NCBI GenBank assembly: GCA_963666985.2
Contig: CAXXIA010000002.1
Coordinates: 1,280,001-1,344,000 of the forward strand
Direction: 5' to 3'
DNA: 64,000 bases
Source: Spirochaetia bacterium
GTDB lineage: Bacteria; Spirochaetota; Spirochaetia; DSM-2461
The notes below the pieces were generated by a model that saw nothing but the letters and a program-made list of their open reading frames with translations, searched no databases and was not told where the DNA came from. Below, one piece after another: positions 9,821 through 19,294 of this stretch. Positions within the stretch are counted from its first letter, which is position 1. Each line of letters begins with the position of its first letter. The translations under genes were made by a program, and so were the position numbers.

Positions 9821-11494
9821 CTATCTGAGCCTCGGAATATCCTGGGCGATGAGAAGACAATCATCGCCGATCAATTCCAGGTATCGTACAATCTCCATAA
9901 ATTGAAGCTCGCCTCGAATATCGGCTTCCTCGTCCTTTTCCAGCGTCTTCTGAACTCTTTTGCGAAGCTTATCCCGGACCGCGTCCACCTGACTTTCCAT
10001 TGTCAGCGCCAAATCCTGATCGTATAGAGTCAGTTTCCGGACAAGATAATCACCATCATATTTCAAAAAATCCAAAACCTTGGCAATGAACGCATAGAGT
10101 TCATCGATGGCTTCGCCGTGAATCTTGTATCGCTTCCGGCGAATCCGTTCCAGCACGGCGGCGATTTCGACACAGCTGTCGCCAATCAGTGTTAAGCTTC
10201 TTCCCACACGAATTTGAGCGGTGATGTCCCTGGCCTGATCGGACCCCGTTCGTTCCCGAACCATTTTTGTCAAATTCTTCTCAACACGATCCCACGATTT
10301 GATGAGTTCCGCCTGCAGCTCCGTAAGTTTCTTTCTATAGTTCGCCGATTCGTCGATGTCCTGGGACACATTGAGGACTTCCATAAGCATGCGATGAGCC
10401 GTTACGGCCATGCTCCCGATTTCATGACGCGTGGTGATGAGATTCGCTTCCAGCGAATCGGGAAGATTGCTCGCGATGATCGGCAAATCAACGGTCCGGT
10501 CGTCTTCGGCCGAAAGACCTTGAAGTCCGGATGATATCTTCATAATGAACGGACGAATCGCCAAGGCCAGAAGTCCTATGGCCAGAGACCATAGCGTATA
10601 AACCGCGGACAGAAGAAACGGCATCAGGGAAGATTTGTAGAAAGCGCCGGGGAAGAAACCGATAATAAGCTTTTCAACGGGGAAAACGAGAAGGAGTCCG
10701 GCAAACGAGAAAATAAGAAGCAGGAGAGACACGGCAACGGTGAGTTTCCGAGACTCTTCTCCATATGTTCTCGAAGCCCGATAGGTGGTCAGAATCACTC
10801 CGATCTCCGAACCGAACACCATCGCAATGGCCGGAGGCAAAGGAAGCCAGCCGCTCCAGCACAGCCAAAGAGCCGTTACAAGAACGGCGCCCGAGGATTG
10901 CGACGCGGCGGACAGAATCACTCCGAACGCAAAACCCATCAAAGCGAACAAAAAGGGATATTCCGCCATACCGCGCACAAAAAATAAAAGACGCGGTGCT
11001 TCCGATGAAAGCGGAAGCCAATATTTGAGCAATTCGATACCGAGAAAAATAAGCAGGAACTGAAAAGCCCCCGAACCGAATCGGGCGACCGGCCTTTTTC
11101 GAACCAGCGAAAGAGGCGTTATAATCGCAAAAGCCGGTAAAGCCCAGTTTCCGAGGCTGCTGAAAAAACCTCCGAATGTCAGTACCCATAAAGGAAACGC
11201 CAATCCGATTTCGGCGCCCGCCAATACGGCGAAGGCGACGGACGGAGAAACCAGGGATGCGTTGATTAAGCTCATAAGAAGCACGGAGAGTCCGGAAAAC
11301 GACTGAAATCCTCCCGTAATGCACATCCCTATCCTCGCCGCCGTTAAGGGATGCTCTCCGGTTTTCATAATCAGGTCTCTTGTTTTCGATCCGAAGGAAA
11401 GAAGAATCCGTTCATTAAGCGTCCGCAGACCTTGAACGACCAAAGCAATGCTGCCGATATAAGACAGTATCAGGAATATGGGCGAACCGCTCAT
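9821..11494 (-). CDS. Divergent Na+/Pi cotransporter paralogue with PhoU-like domain
   Basis: Same architecture as 6885..8567 and a close C-terminal match (VLDFLKY, RDKLRKR, GEL.FM..VR.LE.IGD), but the transport motifs are degenerate (QSFSG/GAEIG, QSSGA/GSEIG). Confidence 0.85.
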   Translation of the reverse strand: MSGSPIFLILSYIGSIALVVQGLRTLNERILLSFGSKTRDLIMKTGEHPLTAARIGMCITGGFQSFSGLSVLLMSLINASLVSPSVAFAVLAGAEIGLAFPLWVLTFGGFFSSLGNWALPAFAIITPLSLVRKRPVARFGSGAFQFLLIFLGIELLKYWLPLSSEAPRLLFFVRGMAEYPFLFALMGFAFGVILSAASQSSGAVLVTALWLCWSGWLPLPPAIAMVFGSEIGVILTTYRASRTYGEESRKLTVAVSLLLLIFSFAGLLLVFPVEKLIIGFFPGAFYKSSLMPFLLSAVYTLWSLAIGLLALAIRPFIMKISSGLQGLSAEDDRTVDLPIIASNLPDSLEANLITTRHEIGSMAVTAHRMLMEVLNVSQDIDESANYRKKLTELQAELIKSWDRVEKNLTKMVRERTGSDQARDITAQIRVGRSLTLIGDSCVEIAAVLERIRRKRYKIHGEAIDELYAFIAKVLDFLKYDGDYLVRKLTLYDQDLALTMESQVDAVRDKLRKRVQKTLEKDEEADIRGELQFMEIVRYLELIGDDCLLIAQDIPRLR

Positions 11495-12145
11495 TCATCC
11501 CTCCAGAAATCGTTCGTCCGACTTATCTTTCAGCAGAGCTATGAAACGTTTACGGTATCCCGGCAGATTCAAGGCGCTTTCAAACGTATTATCCATATCG
11601 GTGAACTTAATATCTCCCGAAACATTCAAATACTCCACGGCCGTCTCGGGCGATACAATGTACGGAGCGACTCCTTTACTCACCAGAAGATAATTGAGCA
11701 GAACATTGCCCGTCCGATGGTTGCCTTCAATGAAAAGCTGCGGCTGACTTAAAAGCATTGTATAAAAACCCGTCGCGAGTTTCCAAGGATTCGTCTTATT
11801 GATGTTCTGAAGAACCCATTTTCTGATGGGTTTAATCCTTTCCAAAAACCTGGCTCTGGTTTCGGTAATATGGTGATAGTAACTCATCCGCTGATCCGGA
11901 TCCGTACCGCACAGAACGATATGGTTCATCTCGAGAAGCGAATGGAGCCCGGCCGGAGTAAAAAGGTCCATATCCTTTTCCAGAAGATCGTTGAGGAATA
12001 TATACGCCTCGACAATCTGACTGATCATCTCGTCGGATACATCTTCCCTTTTCATGTCGAGCTTGTCGTTAATCGTCGGGAAGTCCGCCTGGAAATTCTT
12101 AAGGGAAGTTCCGATTGCCTGAATGTTAAACCTTGGTCCGCTCAC
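11495..12145 (-). CDS. Fic/Fido-like domain protein with a non-canonical motif
   Basis: SQPQLFIEGNHRTGNVLLNYLL resembles the Fic loop HPFxDGNGRxxR; GTG start; the stop codon abuts the next ATG. Confidence 0.7.
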   Translation of the reverse strand: MSGPRFNIQAIGTSLKNFQADFPTINDKLDMKREDVSDEMISQIVEAYIFLNDLLEKDMDLFTPAGLHSLLEMNHIVLCGTDPDQRMSYYHHITETRARFLERIKPIRKWVLQNINKTNPWKLATGFYTMLLSQPQLFIEGNHRTGNVLLNYLLVSKGVAPYIVSPETAVEYLNVSGDIKFTDMDNTFESALNLPGYRKRFIALLKDKSDERFLEG

Positions 12146-12151
12146 CAGGTC

Positions 12152-12180
12152 AGTGTATCCGGCTGAGGCTTGAGAACCAA
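12152..12180 (-). promoter_or_regulatory. Putative sigma70 promoter TTGGTT-17-TACACT, 6 nt before GTG 12145
   Basis: Read from sequence. Confidence 0.5.
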
Positions 12181-12298
12181 GGCCGAATCGGCATTGCCCA
12201 GAACGTTTCGATTCGCCATCAATATTGAAAAGAAAACAATAACGGCCCGAGTCCGAAAGAAAATCGGAAAAAGTTGAAATCGGAGTCTTTCCGAAAAA

Positions 12299-13297
12299 TC
12301 AGGCGTTTCGATTCTTCTTAATGAAATCAACATAAACCGCGATAAGAATCACAACGCCCTTCACGATATACTGCCAGAAAGAATTGATGCCCAAAAGATT
12401 CAGACCATTGCTTAATACACCGATAACGAGAGCGCCGATAATGGTTCCGCCGATTTTTCCCAAGCCGCCCGACATACTCGTGCCGCCGAGAACAACCGCG
12501 GCGATCGCATCCATCTCGGCTCCCTGTCCCGCCGTCGGCTGACCGGAGAACATCCGGGAAGCCAGAACGATTCCGGCGATGGAAGCCATTAATCCTGAGA
12601 AGAAATAAGCGAAAAACAAAACCCGCTGAATACGGATTCCGGCAAACACGGCCGCCTGACGATTTCCGCCGACCGCGTAAATATGCCGTCCCAGTTTGGA
12701 TTTGTTCATGATGAGTATCGAAACGATAATTATCACGACAAGGTAGATGATGGGCATCGGGATTTCTCCCAAATATCCGGCGCCGATGAAGTTGAACTCA
12801 TCCGACATCACCCGAATAGGCTGACCTCCCGTATAGACGTAGGCCGCTCCCCGGGCGATGTTCATTGTCGCCAAAGTAACAATAAAGGGCGGAATGGTCG
12901 TTTTGGATACAACAAGTCCGTTGAACACACCGACAAAGGTTCCCACGATTAATCCGCAAATCACGGCAACCGGCATGGAATATCCGTCAAAGGCGATCAT
13001 ACCGCCGGTAACCACGCCGGAAAGAGCGATTATGGAACCGACGGACAAGTCAATTCCGCCCAGGATAATCACCATGGTCATCGCACAGGCGATATACAAG
13101 TTGGTGGCCACCTGCCGCAAAACATTGAGAATATTGGCTTTGGAAAGAAAAACCGGAGAGAGAACGGAGAGAAGGATGCAGAGAACAAGAAATCCGATAA
13201 GAATGCCCATATTCTCTTTAACAAATACGACGATTGACTGAAAGGTATGATGATACCATTTCCGATTCTTATAGTTGACATTGCTTTTATCGGCCAT
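12299..13297 (-). CDS. Monosaccharide ABC transporter permease (RbsC-like)
   Basis: GGIDLSVGS, PPFIVTLA, GRHIYAVGGN and IAAVVLGGTS motifs. Confidence 0.95.
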   Translation of the reverse strand: MADKSNVNYKNRKWYHHTFQSIVVFVKENMGILIGFLVLCILLSVLSPVFLSKANILNVLRQVATNLYIACAMTMVIILGGIDLSVGSIIALSGVVTGGMIAFDGYSMPVAVICGLIVGTFVGVFNGLVVSKTTIPPFIVTLATMNIARGAAYVYTGGQPIRVMSDEFNFIGAGYLGEIPMPIIYLVVIIIVSILIMNKSKLGRHIYAVGGNRQAAVFAGIRIQRVLFFAYFFSGLMASIAGIVLASRMFSGQPTAGQGAEMDAIAAVVLGGTSMSGGLGKIGGTIIGALVIGVLSNGLNLLGINSFWQYIVKGVVILIAVYVDFIKKNRNA

Positions 13298-13314
13298 ATC
13301 GATGTTCCTGCTTT

Positions 13315-14808
13315 TTATTCGTTATGAGATATTGCCAGGTGCATGATGTGTTCCTGGTCGAGTTCATTTTTATCCAAAGTTCCCGTGATGGTGCCGCCGC
13401 ACATCACATTAACCCTGTCGCTCATATTGATGATTTCCGGAAGCTCGGAAGAAATCATGATTATGGCCACGCCTTGAGAGGCCAAATCATTCATGATTCC
13501 ATAGATTTCCGCCTTGGCGCCCACATCCACACCCCGAGTCGGTTCATCAAGAATGAGAATTCGGGGTTCGGTAGCCAGCCACCGTCCTATCACCACTTTC
13601 TGCTGATTTCCTCCGGAAAGGTTCACAACGGCCTGGTAAGGAGAAGCGGCCTTGATGGACATAAGATGAACATATCGATCGGAAATCTGCGATTCTTTTT
13701 CCCTGTTGACGAAAATTCCCTTAATGAATTGTCCCAGTGCTTTAATCGTCGTATTGAAGCGAACGCTCTGCACAAGAAAAAGCGCTTCCTTTTTCCGATC
13801 CTCCGGCACAAGACTGATGCCGAGCTTCATGGCCTGTTCGGGAGATTTTATCTGAACAGCCGCTCCGTCGATAACAATCTCGCCATGAACAATCGGATCC
13901 AGGCCGAACAAACATTTCATCAATTCGCTGCGTCCGGCACCCACAAGCCCCGCGAATCCGAGGATTTCTCCTTTGTAGAGATTGAAATTGATGTTTCTGA
14001 GATATTTCCCATCTCCAAGATTCCGAACCTCCAGAATCACATCCGACTTCTCGTTGTATGTTCGAACGTAGTAGTTATCCAGCTTCCGGCCGACCATCAT
14101 CGACACCAGCTCATCCGTACTGGTATCGGCGGTTATGCGGGTTCCGATGTATTCTCCGTCTCTTAAAACGGTAACGCGATCGCTGACGGCGAAAAGTTCG
14201 GACATTCGGTGAGAAATATAGATAATGCCGACTCCGCTTTCTTTCAGTTTTCGTATAATGCCGAACAGGAATTCCACTTCCTTGTCGGATAGAGATGAAG
14301 TCGGCTCATCCATAACCAGAATTCGGGAATGAAAGGAAAGAGCCCGAACGATTTCCACCATCTGCTGCTGGGCTATCGTAAGCCGTCCGACAGCGGTTGC
14401 CGGATCAATATCAAGTTCAAAGGCATCCAGCAGCTTCGACGCTTCGGCCTTCATCCGAGTCTGATCGACGGCACCGGCCTTCATCGGCTCACGGCCGAGA
14501 TAAATGTTCTCGGCAACAGTCATTTCCGGAACAAGAACCAATTCCTGATGGATAACGCTCACGCCGAAAGCTTGAGAATCATGAACGTCCCTGATATCGG
14601 CAGCCTGTCCGCCGATTTGGATTTCGCCTTCATCCAGCGAATAAATCCCGCCGAGAATTTTGATCAGCGTCGATTTCCCGGCACCGTTTTCGCCGAGAAG
14701 CGCATGAACTTCTCCGGACCGGACTTCCAAATCGACGTTTTTAAGCGCCTGAACACCGGGAAAAGACTTCTTAATCCCCTTCATTGTGAGCAGACTCGTC
14801 CGACTCAC
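13315..14808 (-). CDS. Monosaccharide ABC transporter ATP-binding protein (RbsA-like, tandem ABC domains)
   Basis: GENGAGKST, MDEPTSSL, LSGGNQQK and LDEPTRGVDVGAK motifs. Confidence 0.95.
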   Translation of the reverse strand: MSRTSLLTMKGIKKSFPGVQALKNVDLEVRSGEVHALLGENGAGKSTLIKILGGIYSLDEGEIQIGGQAADIRDVHDSQAFGVSVIHQELVLVPEMTVAENIYLGREPMKAGAVDQTRMKAEASKLLDAFELDIDPATAVGRLTIAQQQMVEIVRALSFHSRILVMDEPTSSLSDKEVEFLFGIIRKLKESGVGIIYISHRMSELFAVSDRVTVLRDGEYIGTRITADTSTDELVSMMVGRKLDNYYVRTYNEKSDVILEVRNLGDGKYLRNINFNLYKGEILGFAGLVGAGRSELMKCLFGLDPIVHGEIVIDGAAVQIKSPEQAMKLGISLVPEDRKKEALFLVQSVRFNTTIKALGQFIKGIFVNREKESQISDRYVHLMSIKAASPYQAVVNLSGGNQQKVVIGRWLATEPRILILDEPTRGVDVGAKAEIYGIMNDLASQGVAIIMISSELPEIINMSDRVNVMCGGTITGTLDKNELDQEHIMHLAISHNE

Positions 14809-14828
14809 ATTCCACCGCCTTTCATGAA

Positions 14829-14861
14829 TCGGAGGAACATCCGAACAAGACGTTCCTCCGA
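14829..14861 (-). other. Intercistronic stem-loop after the binding-protein gene
   Basis: TCGGAGGAAC (14829-14838) pairs with GTTCCTCCGA (14852-14861); typical position for an mRNA-stabilising or attenuating hairpin. Confidence 0.6.
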
Positions 14862-14899
14862 CACTGCTTTAATAAGATTATACCGAAATCCTAATGGGG

Positions 14900-15835
14900 C
14901 TATTGCCACCCGTCCGTTCCGTATTCACCAACGTTATCCGAATTAATCAGGAACGTTTTTACGGGAACTCTCTTTTCATACGGCTCTCCGGCCAAAATCT
15001 TGTAAGACAGATCCACGGATTCAAGACCGATGGAAATGGGAGACTGGGCACCGGATCCGACGAACTGACCGCCGGAAGCGATTTCCGCTTTGGCTTCGGG
15101 AGAACCGTCAACACCATAAATCAGAATGTCGGTTCGATTGGCCGATTTGCAGGCCGCCAAAGCGCCGAGCGCCGTAGGATCGTTTCCGCCCATGATGGCG
15201 ATAATGTCGTCATGAGCCTGAAGAACATCGTCCATGATGCCCATGGACGTGGGCAGATCCCCTTTGGCATCCTGCTGAGCGACAATAGTGAAGCCTTTTC
15301 CCTTGATGGCGTCCATGAAACCGGCAATCCGATCATTGATGGAATTCATCGTGGGAGAATCCAGAACAACTATATTTCCGCCCTTGGGATAGCGTTTCAC
15401 CAAATCCATACCGCAGACATACCCGGCGTTCCTGTTGTCCGAACCGGCATAGGCGGTAACATACTCCATGTCCTTAACTTCGGTATCAAAGTTGATAATG
15501 GGAATTCCGGCGCGTTCCAGAGCCACAAGAGCCGGCCGGATTCCTTCCCAGTCGACAGGATTGAGGTAAATGGCATCGATACCCTGAACAATCAGATCGT
15601 CAATCTGATTAATTTGTTTCGCAACATCCATTGCGGGATCCATGGTAATCAGTTTGTCGCCGTTGGCCTCAACCGCGTCTCGAATGGATTTTTCAAGGAT
15701 GATGAAGAACGGATTGTTCATGGTCATACAAGTATACCCGAAGGTGTATCCGTCGCTTGCATCATCAGAGCCGTTCGCGAAAGCGAATCCGCCGAGAAGG
15801 GCAATTGATAAGAGAATGAGAATTGCTTTTTTCAT
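14900..15835 (-). CDS. Monosaccharide ABC transporter substrate-binding protein (RbsB-like)
   Basis: Signal peptide (FANG), NNPFF, GSDNRNAG, GGNDPTALGA and YGVDGS motifs. Confidence 0.95.
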   Translation of the reverse strand: MKKAILILLSIALLGGFAFANGSDDASDGYTFGYTCMTMNNPFFIILEKSIRDAVEANGDKLITMDPAMDVAKQINQIDDLIVQGIDAIYLNPVDWEGIRPALVALERAGIPIINFDTEVKDMEYVTAYAGSDNRNAGYVCGMDLVKRYPKGGNIVVLDSPTMNSINDRIAGFMDAIKGKGFTIVAQQDAKGDLPTSMGIMDDVLQAHDDIIAIMGGNDPTALGALAACKSANRTDILIYGVDGSPEAKAEIASGGQFVGSGAQSPISIGLESVDLSYKILAGEPYEKRVPVKTFLINSDNVGEYGTDGWQ

Positions 15836-15924
15836 GATTACTCCAACTTAATTCACCAACCGGTACCGTGATTGGAAGATGAAGAAATCATATAAGATAA
15901 AATTCTTCCGGACCAATCAGTATA

Positions 15925-15965
15925 TTGTCAGATTTTTTATGACAGATGTCATTTCGGCGATGACA
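15925..15965. promoter_or_regulatory. Probable NarL/LuxR response-regulator binding array (ATGACA-N2-TGTCAT plus flanking half-sites)
   Basis: Palindrome ATGACAGATGTCAT at 15939-15952; extra TGTCA at 15926 and TGACA at 15961, each 21 bp from the matching core half-site. Lies between the divergent ABC and two-component operons. Confidence 0.6.
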
Positions 15966-16021
15966 AAAATCTAAAAGAAACCGAACACCGACGCTCCGGA
16001 ACCGTTTATGATGCTTAAGGA

Positions 16022-17326
16022 ATGGATCGGGGTGTCAGGAATACATATCTTTCACTGCTTCTGCTTAATTTTTCCATCGTGGCTTTTATTTCATTCACCA
16101 TATATTCCACGACGAATGAGATCTGCAGCGAATGGCAGGCCCGCTCGTTTCTGGAATTCGCCCGCTACCTTCCTCATGTTTCCTGGAAGGTTCCGACATA
16201 CAGTTTGACTCTTTTTTTCATTGCCGCCGGGATTCTGCTGAAACTCATTCTCGGCTCCAAGAGCAGGCCGGGAACTCAAATCTTTCTGTATACATTGGTT
16301 CTCGTAATATTCGGAGGAATTACGTATTACCTGAATTTCAGCTATAAAGGTTTTTTCCTTATGGCCGCGGCCGGAGCGTTTTTGTTCATGCCGAATCTTA
16401 TTTCAAGAATGATTTCCATCGCGGCCACTTTGCTTTTTTTCATTCTTTTCGATTATGATCTGCTCACCGTACGGCTGAACATGGTGTCGTTTCGCGATTA
16501 TATCCTTCATTACGATCCCCATACACAATTCACCGTCTATGTCGTCCGAAGTCTTCTGGAATCGGCCAACCTTATCATTCTGGTGATTTTTTTCTATTCG
16601 CTGGTACAGAGCAAAGTCCAGGAGAACCGCGCGTTCATCGCTCTGAACAACGAGCTTTCCGACCGCCTCTTTGATCTTGAAGTTGCTCGGGGGAAACTGG
16701 AAGAAGCGGCAAAAATGAAAGAGCGCAATCGTCTCGCGCATGATATCCACGATATCATCGGTCATTCCCTCACCAGCGTTTCCACCGGATTGGAAGCCTG
16801 CATCCAGGTTTCCGGTGAAGAAAATCAGGTGCTGAAGAAACATCTGGAAAAGATTAAAGAAATCACCGACAAGGGTTTGCGCGATATCCGCCGATCCGTT
16901 AAGGAACTGAAAATCGACGCCATCGAGAAATATACTCTTCATAACGCCGTACGGGAACTTCTCGACGATATCGGCGCGATGGGAAAAATTAAAGCGCGGC
17001 TGGCGATTTCCGGTTCAACATCGGCGCTCCAAAGTGATGAGGAACAAACCGTATACCGATTGGTGCAGGAATCGATTACAAACACCCTCAAGTACGGAAA
17101 GGCCAGGCATATCGAAGTGGAATTCAGCTACGGCCGAAACAATTTGAATATCCGGATTTCCGACGACGGTGTCGGATGTTCTCGTATTAAGAAAAACTTC
17201 GGACTCAATCATATCGAAGAACAACTGGCCCTTTTGGGCGGCAATGTTGAATTCATCACAGGAACGAACCGGGGTTTTAAGACCATTGCGGAACTGCCTT
17301 TAAGGAAGAGCGTCCATGTCGATTAA
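16022..17326 (+). CDS. Sensor histidine kinase (HisKA_3, NarX/DesK type)
   Basis: Multiple N-terminal TMs; ERNRLAHDIHDIIGHSLT, QESITNTLKY, DDGVG and FGL motifs. Confidence 0.95.
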   Translation: MDRGVRNTYLSLLLLNFSIVAFISFTIYSTTNEICSEWQARSFLEFARYLPHVSWKVPTYSLTLFFIAAGILLKLILGSKSRPGTQIFLYTLVLVIFGGITYYLNFSYKGFFLMAAAGAFLFMPNLISRMISIAATLLFFILFDYDLLTVRLNMVSFRDYILHYDPHTQFTVYVVRSLLESANLIILVIFFYSLVQSKVQENRAFIALNNELSDRLFDLEVARGKLEEAAKMKERNRLAHDIHDIIGHSLTSVSTGLEACIQVSGEENQVLKKHLEKIKEITDKGLRDIRRSVKELKIDAIEKYTLHNAVRELLDDIGAMGKIKARLAISGSTSALQSDEEQTVYRLVQESITNTLKYGKARHIEVEFSYGRNNLNIRISDDGVGCSRIKKNFGLNHIEEQLALLGGNVEFITGTNRGFKTIAELPLRKSVHVD

Positions 17327-17987
17327 AGTTCTCATCGTCGATGACCAGGAATTGATGCGCGACAGCCTGGGGATGCTGATTGATTCCGATCGGCGTTTTA
17401 CGGTCGCGGGCTTGGCGGACAACGGCAGGGATGCCATTACCATAGCAAGGAAAGAACGCCCGGAAATTGTTCTCATGGACATCAGGATGCCGGAAATCGA
17501 TGGCATTGAATGTCTGAAAGTAATAAAACAGGATATTCCCGGAATAAAAGTTATCATGCTGACCACTTTCGACAGCGATGAGAACATTTACCACGCCTTG
17601 AAGAACGGAGCCGACGGCTTCCTTCTGAAAGGGATTTCCAAGAAAGATCTGATCAACAGCATTATTACCGTTCGGGACGGCGGCGCCAGCATTGATCCGA
17701 AAACGGCGCAGCGGGTTTTTGAGATTTTCGAACGAATGGCCAAATCGATTCTGGTCGGTCAAGGCAGGGAAGGACTGGAGGAGCTCAGCCCCCATGAGCT
17801 CCGAATTATTCAGCTGATCGGCAGAGGGATGTCCAACAAGGAAATCATGAATGAAATCCACTTCTCGGAAGGAACAATCAGAAATTACATCAGCAATATC
17901 TTACGGAAACTCGACCTCAGAGACCGCACCCAGGTGGCGATATTCGCCATACAGTCGGGTATCATGCTGAAAAATTTTGACATATGA
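17316..17987 (+). CDS. NarL/LuxR family response regulator
   Basis: VLIVDD, LMDIRMP, LTTFD, and HTH SNKEI...GTIRNYISNILRKL. Confidence 0.95.
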   Translation: MSIKVLIVDDQELMRDSLGMLIDSDRRFTVAGLADNGRDAITIARKERPEIVLMDIRMPEIDGIECLKVIKQDIPGIKVIMLTTFDSDENIYHALKNGADGFLLKGISKKDLINSIITVRDGGASIDPKTAQRVFEIFERMAKSILVGQGREGLEELSPHELRIIQLIGRGMSNKEIMNEIHFSEGTIRNYISNILRKLDLRDRTQVAIFAIQSGIMLKNFDI

Positions 17988-19294
17988 AACGGCGTCGGAT
18001 TCTTCTTTTTTCGCTAATACTCCTCATCCTGGCGGGAGGAACCGGACTGATAATCGGGAAAATTCTTCCCCGTAAAAAAACCATCGTTTTTTCCCTTTAT
18101 TCCGGAAACAGCTGGAACGTACCGCAGAATTTCGTCTATGCGATTTACGACAAAGCCATCGAAATGTTTCATTCATTCCCGGAGAATCAGGATGTTCGGA
18201 TCGTCTTGAAAACCGGAACCATGCATAAGGATTATTCGGAATGGTTCGCCCAGCTCGTTCTGAAGGGAAGAGAACCCGATATTTTTCTCATTATTGAAGA
18301 AGATTTCAGTACCTATGCCTCCATCGGGCTTCTCGAACCTCTCGAACCCTACCTGGAAAACAAAGATTTTAATAAAGACGATTTCTATCTCAAGGCGCTG
18401 GAAGCAGGCCGATACAAAGGACGCCAATACTCTCTTCCCATCGCCATGGTGCCTTCCTTCATGATTGTCAACAGAAGTCTTCTGGCCGAAAAAGACATCG
18501 ATATCGACATGGATTCCTGGACATGGAGTCAATTCCGGGATATTTGTAGAGAACTCACGGAAGATTCCGATCGGGATGGAATCATCGATCGATTCGGAGT
18601 CCAAGGATACAACTGGCGTCATGCGTTTCACACGAACGACAAAGCACTGTTCGCCGATGACTCACCTGAGATTCGATTTCAGGACAGAAACATGGAAGAA
18701 GTCATCAATCACCTCAAAGAACTCCAGCACCTGAATCAAGGAATTGTTGTATCGGAAAAAGATTTTGCTCATGGGCATGTGGGATTCAAGATATTCAATC
18801 TCTCCGAATACAGAGCTTACGGAACCTATCCATACCGGATTATGAAATATGAGAATTTCGAATGGGATGCCATTCCTCTGCCCAAAGGACCGAGCGGGGT
18901 GAGTTCATCAAAACTTTATACCGTTCAGGTAGGCATGAGCTCCCGTTCCCGGAACAAAAAAATCGCTTCCGATTTCATCAAGTTCATGGCCGGTAATGAA
19001 GACTACCAGCTTGAGGTTTGGAAAGGAACAAACACCATGCCCGTGCTTAAAAGCGTCATGGGGACAATCTATGGAGATCAGGCACATCAAAATGAAGAAA
19101 CCAATATTCTCAACCGGCAGATATTGGAAGAAATTATTGAAAATTCCTATATCGATCCGAATTTCAAATCCTATTCTTATTACGACAAAATGATTGAGCA
19201 AAGGATTTTCCAAATCGTTGCTCAGGACTTGGATACAAAAACCGGTGTTAAAAGCCTTCGCCGGGAAATCGATCAGTGGACCCCCGGAACATAG
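17984..19294 (+). CDS. Extracellular solute-binding protein family 1, membrane-anchored
   Basis: GREPDIF, GLLEPL, GRQYSLP, WTWSQF and WDAIPLPKGP motifs; overlaps the response-regulator stop (ATGA). Confidence 0.9.
   Translation: MKRRRILLFSLILLILAGGTGLIIGKILPRKKTIVFSLYSGNSWNVPQNFVYAIYDKAIEMFHSFPENQDVRIVLKTGTMHKDYSEWFAQLVLKGREPDIFLIIEEDFSTYASIGLLEPLEPYLENKDFNKDDFYLKALEAGRYKGRQYSLPIAMVPSFMIVNRSLLAEKDIDIDMDSWTWSQFRDICRELTEDSDRDGIIDRFGVQGYNWRHAFHTNDKALFADDSPEIRFQDRNMEEVINHLKELQHLNQGIVVSEKDFAHGHVGFKIFNLSEYRAYGTYPYRIMKYENFEWDAIPLPKGPSGVSSSKLYTVQVGMSSRSRNKKIASDFIKFMAGNEDYQLEVWKGTNTMPVLKSVMGTIYGDQAHQNEETNILNRQILEEIIENSYIDPNFKSYSYYDKMIEQRIFQIVAQDLDTKTGVKSLRREIDQWTPGT

Noticed and set aside
11495..12145. 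Fic/Doc toxin-antitoxin module
   Set aside because: No adjacent small antitoxin gene, and the catalytic His is missing.
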